Assembly (NCBI GenBank): GCA_046704665.1
Contig: JBJKRJ010000048.1
Coordinates: 28,829-92,828, forward strand
Direction: 5' to 3'
DNA: 64,000 bases
From: Thermoplasmata archaeon
Lineage (GTDB): Archaea > Thermoplasmatota > Thermoplasmata > Lutacidiplasmatales > UBA184
Positions 47,325-57,712 of this stretch are shown here, piece by piece. The notes under the pieces are model-generated. The model ran no database searches and was not told the DNA's origin. It worked only from the letters and a program-made list of their open reading frames with translations. Position numbers and translations under genes: made by a program. Every line of letters starts with the position of its first letter. Within the stretch, counting starts at the first letter, position 1.

Positions 47325-48275
47325 TCACGACGGCCCGAGGACCCCCTCGGCCGGGGGGATCGGGCGGCGGACCTCCCGGTAGGCCTTCCACAGGCTGTGC
47401 CCCCCGATCACTCCGACCACGCCGACGATCAGCACCGTCGCGTAGCCGATCGAGTCGAGGGTCGGGATCGGGTTCCCGGTGGAGAGCGCGAAGCTGCTGA
47501 GCCAGGGAAGGGCGGCGACCGCGGCGCCGACCACGGCGAACGCGAGACCGCCGATGTAGAGGGTCCGTGCGGCGGTCGACCGTCCGATGTGCTGCATCTG
47601 CCGCAGGGTCAGCTTCTTGAGCCGTGCGAGACGGGCGAAGAGGGCGCCGGTGAGCATCTGCATGACCATCGTGCCGAGACCGAACATCGTTCCTACGAGC
47701 GCGGCCCACCCGACATTCGGCATCTGGGGGGCGAGGATGAACACGATGATCGTTGCGAACCCTCCGAACCCCCATCCCGCGACGAAGCCGTGGACGATGG
47801 CCATCCGCAGGGGGATCGGCTTGACCCCGGATTCCGGAACGGGTGTGCGTTCCGCCGTGGTGGTGTGGTGGGTGTGGTCCCGGAAGAAGCCGCCCAGGAG
47901 GCGTTCCATCCAATGGTCGAACGGGAGGTGGATGTCCGAGCCCCGCAGGAGGTACCACCCGGCGACGAACATCACGACGCCCACGAGCACATAGACCGGT
48001 CCGTCGAGGTTGTAGACGGTGTAGATGGCCGCGAGTCCGAGGAACCCGAGGGCCGTCAGGATCGTTCGTTGCAGAGCGAACCCACCGGAAAAGGTGAGAC
48101 CGGCCTTCAATCCCCCCCGGCTCGAGTAGCTCCCGATCGAGTAGCTGAACGTGATCGGCCAGGTGTGCTCATCGGGGGTGCCTCCGTGCAGGAGCCCGAG
48201 GAGGAATCCGAGACCGAGGATCACGGGGATCGTGAGACCCCCGGTCGGATCGAGAACGAAGTCGAGGCTCCACAT
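47325..48275 (-). CDS. NiCoT/RcnA-like metal transporter
   Basis: LGLLHGGTPDEHTWP, His-rich loop (DHTHH), HGFVAGWG; directly downstream of the DtxR gene. Confidence 0.6.
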   Translation of the reverse strand: MWSLDFVLDPTGGLTIPVILGLGFLLGLLHGGTPDEHTWPITFSYSIGSYSSRGGLKAGLTFSGGFALQRTILTALGFLGLAAIYTVYNLDGPVYVLVGVVMFVAGWYLLRGSDIHLPFDHWMERLLGGFFRDHTHHTTTAERTPVPESGVKPIPLRMAIVHGFVAGWGFGGFATIIVFILAPQMPNVGWAALVGTMFGLGTMVMQMLTGALFARLARLKKLTLRQMQHIGRSTAARTLYIGGLAFAVVGAAVAALPWLSSFALSTGNPIPTLDSIGYATVLIVGVVGVIGGHSLWKAYREVRRPIPPAEGVLGPS

Positions 48276-48281
48276 GTCGGT

Positions 48282-48716
48282 TCACTCCCTCCGCGACGCG
48301 GCGTGGCCGCACGGAGGGATCGGCTCTCCGTGGGGGCACTCCGTCGGGTGGCCCTCGGCACGGCAGAGACGCTCCACGGTGGCATGGTCGAGCGCGAGGT
48401 CGACCTCCCGCGCGGCCGCGCAGAGCTCCCGCTCCGGAAAGCCGAGGCGGGCGAACATGTGCTCCGCGACCCGATGATGACGCTGGTACTCGGCCGCGCA
48501 CGCACGTCCCCGGGCGGTGAGTCGGGACTTCCCACGGTGGCGGTCCACGAGACCCATCTGCTCGAGCACGGTGACGTGCGCGAGCGCCGAGGGCGGGCGG
48601 ACCCGTAGTCCGGCCGCGATCGTGTTGAGCGAGACGCCGCGGGCCGGTGTCTCGTGGGTCCGGATCGTCTCGAGCGCGTCGACCTGTCGCCGCGTGAGAC
48701 GCTCGAGCGGTTCCAT
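48282..48716 (-). CDS. DtxR/MntR family metal-dependent regulator
   Basis: VRPPSA, RHHRVAEH, HPTECPHGEPIP. Confidence 0.88.
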   Translation of the reverse strand: MEPLERLTRRQVDALETIRTHETPARGVSLNTIAAGLRVRPPSALAHVTVLEQMGLVDRHRGKSRLTARGRACAAEYQRHHRVAEHMFARLGFPERELCAAAREVDLALDHATVERLCRAEGHPTECPHGEPIPPCGHAASRRE

Positions 48717-48740
48717 GGATTGGGTACGACCGGATGATAT

Positions 48741-48755
48741 TTAAGTGTGACCTAA
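48741..48755. promoter_or_regulatory. DtxR-type operator overlapping the TATA region of the regulator gene
   Basis: TTAAG-TGTGA-CCTAA (TTAGG-N5-CTTAA on minus strand), 25-39 nt upstream of the ATG. Confidence 0.6.
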
Positions 48756-49101
48756 TTTTTAGCATCTACGAAAGAACGGGTCGGCTCCCCGGGGTCAGAA
48801 GGGCGGGTCCCTGTCCCTCGTGGTTCGCGGTTCGGGGCGGTGGGATGGGTTGGGTTCGGGATCCACGGGCCGGGTGCGCACGTCACATCTTGCCGACCGC
48901 CAGGCGTCGCGGTCGACCACCGCGCACCGGGCCTCGCTCCCGTCCCCTCCGTGGCCGCGGCCCCTCCCGATCGCCCCGAGGCCCTCTCGGCCGGGACCTC
49001 GGGGGGGCCGGGATCGGGGGATATCGGGGCCGGTGGCCCGTGCACGCGGGACCCTAGGCGTTGAAATGCCGGAGGGGTATCCATCCCCGCGGAGAGAGCG
49101 T

Positions 49102-49338
49102 ATGTCCGAGGAATCCGGGGAGATCGGGAAGGGACTGATGGAGGGCCTCATCGAGGCGCTGTCGGACAAGCACGGCCAGCTCGATGTCCGACTGCAGGGA
49201 TTGACCGTTAGCGTCGGAGAAAGCCGCCTCGCGGTCCGGCTCTCGGGAGGCGTCTCGGTCACGATCCACATGCGGGACCTGAGCGATGCTGAGAAGGACG
49301 CCCACGCCGCCGCGAACATCGCCCGGGTGCAATCCTAA
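49102..49338 (+). CDS. Small hypothetical protein (78 aa)
   Basis: SD-like [15 protein letters not shown]...; natural-looking composition. Confidence 0.65.
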   Translation: MSEESGEIGKGLMEGLIEALSDKHGQLDVRLQGLTVSVGESRLAVRLSGGVSVTIHMRDLSDAEKDAHAAANIARVQS

Positions 49339-49697
49339 ACGAACCGTCGGAGCTTCCACAACGCCGTCGGGCTCACGTGCACGTGCCCGGTCAGGGCGCT
49401 CACGTCCCTCCCGAGCCGGATCATCTCGTGCGGGCCGTCCCGCACGCTCACATGCCAGCCCGACCGCGCCAGGGCCGAGGGAACTCCCCGCTCCTCCCAG
49501 AGCCGGAAGTGCACCTCGGGACGGGCCGAACGCTCCCCCTGCGTCGCTTCGAGAAGGGGGGCGATCTGGACGGTCAGGTTGCGCTTCTCGCCATCGATCA
49601 CCGCGAACGGAGCCCCGTCCAGGTCGGCCTGCGCCGTCCCGCCCGCGACCCGGCGAAGCAGCTCGACGAGCACCGATCCCACGGACTCCGAGGTCAC
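49335..49697 (-). CDS. Hypothetical protein
   Basis: Protein-like ORF convergent with the neighbour; start uncertain. Confidence 0.6.
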   Translation of the reverse strand: MTSESVGSVLVELLRRVAGGTAQADLDGAPFAVIDGEKRNLTVQIAPLLEATQGERSARPEVHFRLWEERGVPSALARSGWHVSVRDGPHEMIRLGRDVSALTGHVHVSPTALWKLRRFV

Positions 49698-49918
49698 GAC
49701 CCGTTCCCGGGACCCGCCGTCCCACGGACGGACTTCCCGACCGGAACGGATCGATCCGACCTCCTTGGTGCTTTCGGTCGCATGCATGCGGCGCTCCGAT
49801 CACGAGCCGAGAACGTCGCGCGGTCGGCCCCGGCGTCGCGCCGCCGGATCCGTCTCGAGCGTCGGTCGGTCCGGACGGAGGAAGGAATGGCGAAATACCC
49901 TGCCGGGGTACGCACTCC

Positions 49919-50905
49919 ATGAAATCGCGGCAGCTCGGCCGTTCGGGGCCCCGGGTGTCGGCGCTCGGACTCGGGTGCATGGGGATCTCCCAATCGTACG
50001 GACGGCCGAACGACGCCGAGTCGCGGGCCACGATCGCCCGGGCGCTCGAGCTCGGGATCACGTTCTTCGACACCGCGGACATCTACGGGCCGTACACGAA
50101 CGAGGAGTTCGTGGGACAGGCGCTCCGGGAGCACCGGGACCAGGTAGTCCTGGCGACCAAGTGTGGGTTCGTCCCCGGCGAGGGAGGGGGTGCGAACCGC
50201 ATTGACGGGAGTCCGGAGCACATCCGCGCGGCGTGCGACGCGAGCTTGAAGCGCCTCGGCACACGATGGATCGACCTCTACTACCTTCACCGGGTCGACC
50301 CGAAGACCCCCATCGAAGAGAGCGTGCGCGCGATGGCCGGGCTCGTGAAGGAGGGGAAGGTGCGCCACGTGGGGCTTTCGGAGGTGAGCCCGACGACGCT
50401 CCGGCGGGCCCACGCCGTCCATCCGATCACCGCCGTCCAGAGCGAGTACTCGCTCTGGACCCGGGACCCGGAGGACGGGATCCTTGCGACGTGCCGCGAG
50501 CTCGGGGTGGGTTTCGTGCCGTTCAGCCCACTCGGCCGCGGGATCTGGTCCGGGGCCGTGCGTTCGCTCGAGGAGCTGCCGTCCGACGACTTCCGGCGAG
50601 GGATCCCCCGCTTCCAGGCGGCGAGCCTCGGAAAGAACCTCGACCTGGTGGACCGGTTCGCTCAGCTCGCGGCCGAGAAGGGTTGCACCCCGGCCCAGCT
50701 CGCGCTCGCATGGCTTCTTTCTCGCGGCGAGGACGTGGTGCCGATCCCCGGTACGAAGCGGACGAAGTACCTGGAGGAGAACGTCGGGGCGGTCGACGTC
50801 GGGCTCTCGCGGGACGACCTCGCCCGTATCGAGGCGACCGTGCCTCGCGCGTCGATCGCGGGAGAGCGATACTCTCCCGAGAGCTTCGCCCTGGTGGATC
50901 GGTAG
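49919..50905 (+). CDS. Aldo/keto reductase
   Basis: [31 protein letters not shown]. Confidence 0.93.
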   Translation: MKSRQLGRSGPRVSALGLGCMGISQSYGRPNDAESRATIARALELGITFFDTADIYGPYTNEEFVGQALREHRDQVVLATKCGFVPGEGGGANRIDGSPEHIRAACDASLKRLGTRWIDLYYLHRVDPKTPIEESVRAMAGLVKEGKVRHVGLSEVSPTTLRRAHAVHPITAVQSEYSLWTRDPEDGILATCRELGVGFVPFSPLGRGIWSGAVRSLEELPSDDFRRGIPRFQAASLGKNLDLVDRFAQLAAEKGCTPAQLALAWLLSRGEDVVPIPGTKRTKYLEENVGAVDVGLSRDDLARIEATVPRASIAGERYSPESFALVDR

Positions 50906-50987
50906 GAACCCGTCCTCGGGGCGACGGTTCGCCGTGTCAAGTCGGGCCGACGGCCGCTTCTTGAGCCCACCACCGGGTCTTGGGGCC

Positions 50988-51347
50988 ATGGCAGCTCACG
51001 TGATGTTCGCCACCCTCGACGTGAGGGGGCAGTTGACAGGGATCGGGCGCGCGCATCGGCTCGCCCGCGCGACGGTCGAGGACGGCAGACTGGTCGATTG
51101 GCAGGAAACGGAAGTGAAGTGGGACGAGTCCCACGATCTCGAGGGCGAGGGAAACCATCACGCGAGCATCGCGAAGTACCTCCTGGCCGAGAAGGCGACG
51201 GAGCTCGTCGCCGCCGGCGCCGGGCCGGGGATGCGCCTCATGCTCGAGAAGATGGGACTCCGTGTCATCCTCGCGTCGGGAACGGCTCGGGAGACCGTCA
51301 CGGCGCTCGCCCGCCTTCCGCGCTCCGTCCCCGCCGCGAGCGCGTAG
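50988..51347 (+). CDS. NifB/NifX-like (FeMo-cofactor-binding fold) small protein
   Basis: GIGRA, HHASIAKYL, AGAGPGMRLML. Confidence 0.6.
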   Translation: MAAHVMFATLDVRGQLTGIGRAHRLARATVEDGRLVDWQETEVKWDESHDLEGEGNHHASIAKYLLAEKATELVAAGAGPGMRLMLEKMGLRVILASGTARETVTALARLPRSVPAASA

Positions 51348-51471
51348 GGCCCGATCGCCTCGCGCCGGCGGGGACCCGATCCTCGGGTGCGGTGCGACGG
51401 TGGTGACCGATCTCGAGAGGTCGTGGGGTGGGGCAACCGCTTAGGTCGGCCGTGACTCGCCCGCGGCGCGC

Positions 51472-51921
51472 ATGACCCCACGCAAGGTGACCGCCGCCGT
51501 GCGGATCCGACCGTACCTCCCCGGAGACTACGCGAAGGTACGTCGCCTCTGGAAGGGGGCCGGTCTGCATGACAGCCCCTCCGACCGACGGAAGGAGCTC
51601 GAGCGGGAGCGGCGGCGCGACCCGGACCTGTTTCTCGTGGCCGAGTGCCAGGGGACCCTGGTCGGGGCGGTCCTGGGCCGGTTCGACGGACGTCTCGGAT
51701 GGGTCAACCACCTCGCCGTCACGCAGGCCTCCCGGCGGCTCGGCATCGGCCGTCAGCTCATGGCAGACCTCGAGAGGAGGCTTCGGGCCAAGGGATGCCC
51801 CAAGGTCAATCTCCAGGTCGAACCCACGAACGAAGCAGCGTGCGGGTTCTACGAGCATCTCGGCTACCGTCGCCGGGAGCTCATCTTCATGGAGCGGTGG
51901 TTGCGGGGCGGACGGCCGTAA
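51472..51921 (+). CDS. GNAT acetyltransferase
   Basis: GRLGWVNHLAV, RRLGIG, NEAACGFYEHLGY. Confidence 0.9.
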   Translation: MTPRKVTAAVRIRPYLPGDYAKVRRLWKGAGLHDSPSDRRKELERERRRDPDLFLVAECQGTLVGAVLGRFDGRLGWVNHLAVTQASRRLGIGRQLMADLERRLRAKGCPKVNLQVEPTNEAACGFYEHLGYRRRELIFMERWLRGGRP

Positions 51922-51961
51922 CGGCCCACTCGGACCCCTCGATCGCCGGAAGGAGGGCCGC

Positions 51962-53005
51962 TCAGGCCCGCGTGCGACCCATCGAGTACTCGTGCACGAA
52001 GTCGGTGAGCGCGCCCACGCACTCGGCCCGGGCCTCGGGGGGTACACCGTGTCCCAGGTTGAAGACATGGCCGCGGCCGTCCGGCAGTTCGTCGAGGACC
52101 TCGCGCGCGAGACGGCGGACCGTCGGAACGTCCGTCGTCAGCGCGGTCGGGTCCAGGTTTCCCTGGAGCGTCACGGTGCTCCCGGCCTGGCGCCGCACCC
52201 AACCGAGAGGGACCCTCCAGTCGACGCCGAGGGCGGTCGCGTGGGAGGCGGCGGCCAGGTCGACGAGATGCACCGAGGCCGTGCTGAAGTAGATCGTCGG
52301 CGCCCCGAGCGGCTCGAGCGCATCGAAGATCCTCTGCAGCCGTGGTAGGATCATCGTCTCGAACGCGGAGCGGGGAAGCTGACCGACCCAGGTGTCGAAC
52401 AGCTGGAGCGCCTCCGCTCCCGCCCGGGCCTGCAGGCGGAGGTAGTCGATCGTCACCTCCGTGAGCCGGTCGAGCAGGCGAGCGAAGCCGGCGGGATCGG
52501 AGTGCAGCCAGCCCCGGGTCGCGGCGAAATCGCGCGAGGCGCCGCCCTCGACGAGGTAGCTCGCGAGCGTGAACGGGGCGCCGGCGAACCCGAGGATCGG
52601 CCGGTCGGGCCGGAGCTGGCGGAACCGACGGATCGCCTCGGCGACGAACCCGGCGTCGCGCTCGGCGTCGAAGGGGCGCAGCCGATCGACCGCCTCCGGG
52701 GTCCGCACCGGCGGCGAGACGACCGGTCCGACCCCCGGGTCGATGCGAAACTCGACCCCGAGACCGAAGTAGGGGACCGTGATGTCGGCGAAGACGACCG
52801 CGGCGTCGAGGTCGAACCGCTCGAGCGGCTCGATCGTGACCTGCGCGGCGAGCTCGGGGGTCCGGGCGATCTCGAGGATCTCGTGCTTCTTTCGCAGCTC
52901 CCGGTACCCCGGGAGGTGGCGGCCGGCCTGCCGCATGAGCCAGATCGGGACCGCGTCGACCGGCTCCCCGCGGAGGGCGCGCACAAGCCGTTCGCGTCGG
53001 TCCAT
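51962..53005 (-). CDS. hemE: Uroporphyrinogen decarboxylase
   Basis: PIWLMRQAGR, GFAGAPFTLASY, QGNLDP, FNLGHG. Confidence 0.95.
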   Translation of the reverse strand: MDRRERLVRALRGEPVDAVPIWLMRQAGRHLPGYRELRKKHEILEIARTPELAAQVTIEPLERFDLDAAVVFADITVPYFGLGVEFRIDPGVGPVVSPPVRTPEAVDRLRPFDAERDAGFVAEAIRRFRQLRPDRPILGFAGAPFTLASYLVEGGASRDFAATRGWLHSDPAGFARLLDRLTEVTIDYLRLQARAGAEALQLFDTWVGQLPRSAFETMILPRLQRIFDALEPLGAPTIYFSTASVHLVDLAAASHATALGVDWRVPLGWVRRQAGSTVTLQGNLDPTALTTDVPTVRRLAREVLDELPDGRGHVFNLGHGVPPEARAECVGALTDFVHEYSMGRTRA

Positions 53006-54309
53006 CAGCCGCCCCGCAGGGAGGAGAACCCCGCCCTCGCGGCCCGCTTAAGGAGGTTGATCTCATGGGCGCCGATCGCCGTCGACACGAACGCCGTCTC
53101 GAGCGGGGACGGGGGGAGGTAGACCCCCTGGGCCAGCAGGGCGTGGAAGAACCGGGCGTACCGCGGTCGGTCGACCCGGAGCGCCTCCCGGTAGTTCTCC
53201 GGCGAGTCCGGCCCGAAGAAGACCCCGAGCATCGAGCCGATCCGCCGCAGATGGAACGAGCCCACGCCGGCCTCCGCCGCGGACCGGGTCCAGGCCGTCT
53301 CGATCTCGGCGGCCCGCTCCTCGAGCCGGCGGTACAGGGCCGGTGTCAGCGCATCGAGGGTCGCAGCGCCGGCGGCCATGACGAGGGGGTTCCCGGAGAG
53401 CGTGCCGGCCTGGTAGACCGGGCCGAGCGGGGCGACCCTCTCCATGACCTCCCGGCGCCCGCCGTACGCCCCGATCGGGAGCCCGCCGCCGATCACCTTC
53501 CCGAACGTGACGAGGTCGGCATGTACCCCGAGCTCCGAGTGGATCGTCCCCCGGCGCAGGCGGAAGCCGGTGATCACCTCGTCGGCGATGAGAAGTGCTC
53601 CGGACCGGTGGCAGAGCCGTTCGAGGCCGGGAAGGAAGCGGGGGGTCGGAGGAACCAGGTTCATGTTCGCCGCGATCGGCTCCACGACGACCCCGGCGAT
53701 CTCCCCTTCGTGGGCGTCGAAGAGCGCCGAGGTCGCATCGAGGTCGTTGAACGGAGCGACGAGGGTGTCGCTCACGATCGACGCGGGGACCCCGGCCGAG
53801 TCGGCGATCGCCGCCGTCGCGACCCCCGAGCCCGCGCGCGCGAGCAGGCCGTCCGAGTGACCGTGGTAGCCTCCCTCGAACTTGACGACCTTCGCACGCC
53901 CGGTGTAGCCGCGGGCCGCTCGGACCGCCGACATGACCGCCTCGGTGCCCGAGTTCACGAACCGGAGGAGGTCGATCGAGGGCACCGCCGCGCGGATCCG
54001 TTCGGCGAGCTCGTGTTCCGATGGGGTCGGAGCCCCGTAGCTCGTGCCCCGCCCCGCGGCGCGTTGGATCGCCCGGACGACGGACGGCGGTGCGTGCCCG
54101 AGCAGGGCCGCTCCCCAGGAACCGACGAGGTCGACGAACCGATGCCCGTCCAGGTCCCAGAGGTAGGCGCCCTTCCCCCGTTGGAAGAAGATCGGCGTCC
54201 CTCCGACCGCTCCGAACGAGCGCACGGGGCTGTCGACCCCGCCGACCAGGCTCTTCCGGGCCCGGTGGAACGCGCGCCGGGACTCCGGGAGGCCGGTCCG
54301 GCGCGTCAC
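53005..54309 (-). CDS. hemL: Glutamate-1-semialdehyde 2,1-aminomutase
   Basis: GGVDSPVR, NSGTEA, YHGH, FGKVIGGG, YQAGTLSGNP. Confidence 0.95.
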   Translation of the reverse strand: MTRRTGLPESRRAFHRARKSLVGGVDSPVRSFGAVGGTPIFFQRGKGAYLWDLDGHRFVDLVGSWGAALLGHAPPSVVRAIQRAAGRGTSYGAPTPSEHELAERIRAAVPSIDLLRFVNSGTEAVMSAVRAARGYTGRAKVVKFEGGYHGHSDGLLARAGSGVATAAIADSAGVPASIVSDTLVAPFNDLDATSALFDAHEGEIAGVVVEPIAANMNLVPPTPRFLPGLERLCHRSGALLIADEVITGFRLRRGTIHSELGVHADLVTFGKVIGGGLPIGAYGGRREVMERVAPLGPVYQAGTLSGNPLVMAAGAATLDALTPALYRRLEERAAEIETAWTRSAAEAGVGSFHLRRIGSMLGVFFGPDSPENYREALRVDRPRYARFFHALLAQGVYLPPSPLETAFVSTAIGAHEINLLKRAARAGFSSLRGG

Positions 54310-55034
54310 GGAAGCCCGGCCGCGAGATCGAGGACGCGTCGGGGCGGGGCCGCCACGCACGTGAAGATCGGGGTCTCGAGCGCCGTGTACCGGCTCGCCT
54401 CCGAGGGGCGGAGCGCCTCGACGAGATCGAGGAACTCGGCGGGCGAGTCGCCTTCGAACGCGAGGATGAACTCCGGGTCGTCGAGCCCGAAGGAGTAGCC
54501 CGTGTGGATCTGGACCTCCGGGAAGCGGTGGCCGATCCGGAAGTGCTCGCCCATGATGCGGCGTCGCTCCTCGAACGGGACCGAGTACCACTCCCGCTTC
54601 TTCACGAACGGATAGACGAAGAGGTACCGCTTGCCGATCGGCCGGACGGTCCCCTCCTCCTGGCCGCCGTGGCCGTGCCCTCCCAGGTACTCCGAGCGCC
54701 GCCCCATCCCGAGGTAGGCGAACGGGAACTCAAGGTACCCCCCGGCGCCCCCTCCCCACAGGCGCGCCTCGAACTCCTGGAACGCCTCGAGGCGGGGGCT
54801 CGTCATCCAGAAGAGGCCGTGGACCCCGGCCCTCGTCCCGACGAGCGAGTAGGTGCGCAGCGCGAGGTCGGAGGGCAGGTCGGTCGTGCGGCGCTCGAGG
54901 TCCGCGAGGTCCCGGGTGCGCTCTTCGACCGGGCGCCGGCGCCATTCCGGGCGGAGATGCCAGAACAGGTACCGCACGAAGTCCCGCGGCCCCTCCCCCG
55001 AGGTGCCCGGGGCGGCGCCCGGCGACTCGGTCAC
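54306..55034 (-). CDS. chdC: Coproheme decarboxylase (chlorite dismutase family, HemQ)
   Basis: YPFVK..EWY...ERRRIMGEH, SFGLDD; Ile at the distal-Arg position of Cld; located inside the hem operon. Confidence 0.8.
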   Translation of the reverse strand: MTESPGAAPGTSGEGPRDFVRYLFWHLRPEWRRRPVEERTRDLADLERRTTDLPSDLALRTYSLVGTRAGVHGLFWMTSPRLEAFQEFEARLWGGGAGGYLEFPFAYLGMGRRSEYLGGHGHGGQEEGTVRPIGKRYLFVYPFVKKREWYSVPFEERRRIMGEHFRIGHRFPEVQIHTGYSFGLDDPEFILAFEGDSPAEFLDLVEALRPSEASRYTALETPIFTCVAAPPRRVLDLAAGLP

Positions 55035-56044
55035 GAGGTTCCCTCCGGGGGAGGCGGCAGTTCCCCCGCGAAGTAGGTCAGGATGAGGCTCGCACCGGCC
55101 CGCCGGATCGCCCCCAGGGTCTCCTGCGCGACGGCCGAGGCATCCAGCCATCCGCGGGCCGCGGCCGCGAGGACCATGGCGTACTCACCGCTCACCTGGA
55201 ACGCCGCGATCGGGAGATCGAACCTCGCCCGGGCCGCCGCGATGATGTCGAGGTACGGAAGGGCGGGCTTCACCATCAGGATGTCCGCTCCCTCGGCCGC
55301 GTCGAGGGCGAGCTCGCGCAACGCCTCGGTGCGGTTCCGCGGGTCCATCTGGTAGCCCTTTCGGTCCCCGAAGGCGGGCGCCGAGCCGGCGGCGTCGCGG
55401 AACGGGCCGTAGAAACCGGAAGCGAACTTCGCGGCGTACGCGAGGATGCCGACCTCGCGATGGCCGGCCCCATCGAGCGCGGACCGGAGGGAGGCGACCT
55501 GATGGTCCATCATCGCGCTCGGTGCGACCAGGTCCGCGCCGGCCGAGGCATAGGCGACCGCGGTCCGTCCGAGCAAGGGAAGCGTCCGGTCGTTGTCGAC
55601 CCGTCCTCCGACGACCACTCCGCAGTGCCCGTGGTCGGTGTACTCGCACAAACAGACGTCCGCGATCACCGTGACATCCGGTGCCGCTGCTTTGATCGCC
55701 CGGATCGCGCGGGGAACCGGCCCCGCCTCCTCCCACGCGCCCGTGCCCTCGGGATCCTTCCGGGACGGAATGCCGAAGAGAACCACCGCTCGGACCCCGT
55801 GGCCCCGCAGACGGACGACCTCTTCGACCGTCGCGTCGACCGAGCGACGGGCGAGTGCCGGGAGCTCCGGCGAAGCTCCGCCCTCCACGCGCTCCGCGAC
55901 GAACAGCGGTCGGATCAAGTGGGCGACCGAGACATCCGACTCCGCGACCAGGTCCCGGATCGATGCCTTGGCGCGCAGGCGACGGGGTCGATGCACGGTC
56001 GCCCCGGGCTCACCGGCGTCTGCGGGAGAGGCCCTGTGAGGCAT
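55031..56044 (-). CDS. hemB: Porphobilinogen synthase
   Basis: DVCLCEYTDHGHCG, APSAMMD, FYGPFRDA, MVKP. Confidence 0.95.
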   Translation of the reverse strand: MPHRASPADAGEPGATVHRPRRLRAKASIRDLVAESDVSVAHLIRPLFVAERVEGGASPELPALARRSVDATVEEVVRLRGHGVRAVVLFGIPSRKDPEGTGAWEEAGPVPRAIRAIKAAAPDVTVIADVCLCEYTDHGHCGVVVGGRVDNDRTLPLLGRTAVAYASAGADLVAPSAMMDHQVASLRSALDGAGHREVGILAYAAKFASGFYGPFRDAAGSAPAFGDRKGYQMDPRNRTEALRELALDAAEGADILMVKPALPYLDIIAAARARFDLPIAAFQVSGEYAMVLAAAARGWLDASAVAQETLGAIRRAGASLILTYFAGELPPPPEGTS

Positions 56045-56798
56045 CGCCGAGCGACTTCTCAAGCAACTTTGTAAAGCCTTCCTCGGAACTTTCCTTCGGG
56101 GAGTCGACCCGACGGATCCCGCTCGCGCGCATCGCGCGGGCCGTACGCGCTCCCATCGCATACCCCCGGACCGTCCCACGGTATCGGAGGAATACCGCCC
56201 TCCCCACCATCCTTCGGAAGCCGACGAGCGCTGAGGGGCTCGTGACGATCCAGACCGGTATCGAGCCGACCGACTCCCGCCGGCGTCGGGGAAGCGGCGC
56301 AGCCTCCCGGGTGCGATAGACGATACGGTCCACCACACGGGCCCCGCGGGCCCGGAGCCGCCGGGCGAGATCCGGCCCGGCGCGGTCCGAACGCAGGTAG
56401 ACGACACGTCGTCCTCGAACCGGTCCGACCCCGGCGAGCAGCGCGGTCGCGCCACCTCGGCCCACCCGCGCGATGTGGGGGACACCCGCGCCCCGAAGCG
56501 CGCGGGCGCTCTCGGGTCCGACCGCGATCAGCTCCGGCATGGTTCGCAACCGTCGCATCCACTCCGGGTGCGCGGCGAGGAAGGTCGTGACGACGGCCCG
56601 ACTGGTGACGATCCACAGATCGCCGGGGGGACGCTCTCTGAGCCAGCTCGGAACGGACCCGACCGACACCGGTTCGGTCCAGATCGCGCGCAGCCGTACG
56701 GGTCTCCACCCGCGACGGGCGAGCCGTCGCTCGAGGGCGACGAGCGATCCCGGGGAGGCGATGAGCGCGATGCGCCGGTCGGTCGCGGAGCGCGTCAC
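56010..56798 (-). CDS. hemD: Uroporphyrinogen-III synthase
   Basis: VTSRAV, AVGPESARAL, VYRT, TSPSA, MGARTA. Confidence 0.8.
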   Translation of the reverse strand: MTRSATDRRIALIASPGSLVALERRLARRGWRPVRLRAIWTEPVSVGSVPSWLRERPPGDLWIVTSRAVVTTFLAAHPEWMRRLRTMPELIAVGPESARALRGAGVPHIARVGRGGATALLAGVGPVRGRRVVYLRSDRAGPDLARRLRARGARVVDRIVYRTREAAPLPRRRRESVGSIPVWIVTSPSALVGFRRMVGRAVFLRYRGTVRGYAMGARTARAMRASGIRRVDSPKESSEEGFTKLLEKSLGDASQGLSRRRR

Positions 56799-57712
56799 GG
56801 TCCTGCGCGACGTCCGGGGAGGAGGTCGGAGGCGCCCCCGACCTCGGCGAGCCGTCGGCCGACCTCTTCTCCCGTCCTCTGGGCTCGGGCGGAGGGGCTA
56901 CGAAGGGAGAACGACACCCGGCGCCGTCCGTCGGGGGAGAACAGGGAGGCCCGGAGGAAGAGCCGGCCGGAGCGGACACGCCCGAGGGCACCGAGGGGAA
57001 GGTTACAGTCCCCACCGAGCGAGGAGACGACGGCCCGCTCGGCCTCGACCTCCTGCCGGGTCGGTCGGTGATCGATCCGTTCGACCGTCCGCCGGGCGAA
57101 CCGATCTCCTGTGCGCACCTCCACCGCGAGCGCGCCCTGGCCGGGCGCCGGGAGCCATCGGGGCGGCCCGAGATACTCGGAGATCCGGTCGTGCCAGCCG
57201 AGGCGAAGGAGCCCGGCCGCGGCGAGGACCACGCCGTCCAGTCCCTGGATCCCGATCTTTTCGATGCGGGTACCGATGTTGCCACGGACCGGAACGACCT
57301 CAAGGTCGGGCCGCTCCCGAAGGATCTGCGCTCTCCGACGCACGCTGCTCGAGCCGATACGGGCCCCCCGCGGAAGCGTGGCGAGCGTCCCCGGACCTCG
57401 TAGGACCACACAGTCCCGAGGGTCGCCGCGCCGGGGATAGGCCCCTACCTCCACCCGACGGGCGGGGCGCGCCGGCAGGTCCTTCGAACTGTGCACCGCG
57501 AGATCGACCTCCCCGTCCTCGAGGCGGCGGTCGATCGCATCGGTGAAGTCGAGGGTCGGGCTCGTCCGGCGCACCCGATCCCCTGCGGTGCGGAGGAGCA
57601 CGGTCTCGTAGGTGACGTCGGGCGCCGCCCGCCGGAGCGCGCGGAGCACGAGCTCCGTCTGGGTGACCGCGAGAACGCTCGACCGCGTGCCGACGCGGAG
57701 CCGTTCGGTCAC
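56795..57712 (-). CDS. hemC: Hydroxymethylbilane synthase
   Basis: GTRSSVLA, VHSSKDLP, SSVRR, PAPGQGAL, GGDCNLP. Confidence 0.95.
   Translation of the reverse strand: MTERLRVGTRSSVLAVTQTELVLRALRRAAPDVTYETVLLRTAGDRVRRTSPTLDFTDAIDRRLEDGEVDLAVHSSKDLPARPARRVEVGAYPRRGDPRDCVVLRGPGTLATLPRGARIGSSSVRRRAQILRERPDLEVVPVRGNIGTRIEKIGIQGLDGVVLAAAGLLRLGWHDRISEYLGPPRWLPAPGQGALAVEVRTGDRFARRTVERIDHRPTRQEVEAERAVVSSLGGDCNLPLGALGRVRSGRLFLRASLFSPDGRRRVSFSLRSPSARAQRTGEEVGRRLAEVGGASDLLPGRRAGP

Noticed and set aside
50988..51347. Evidence for nitrogen fixation
   Set aside because: Stand-alone NifX-fold proteins are common in non-diazotrophs; no nif genes in the window.
54306..55034. Chlorite dismutase
   Set aside because: Lacks the distal Arg, has the YPFxK motif and lies within the hem operon.
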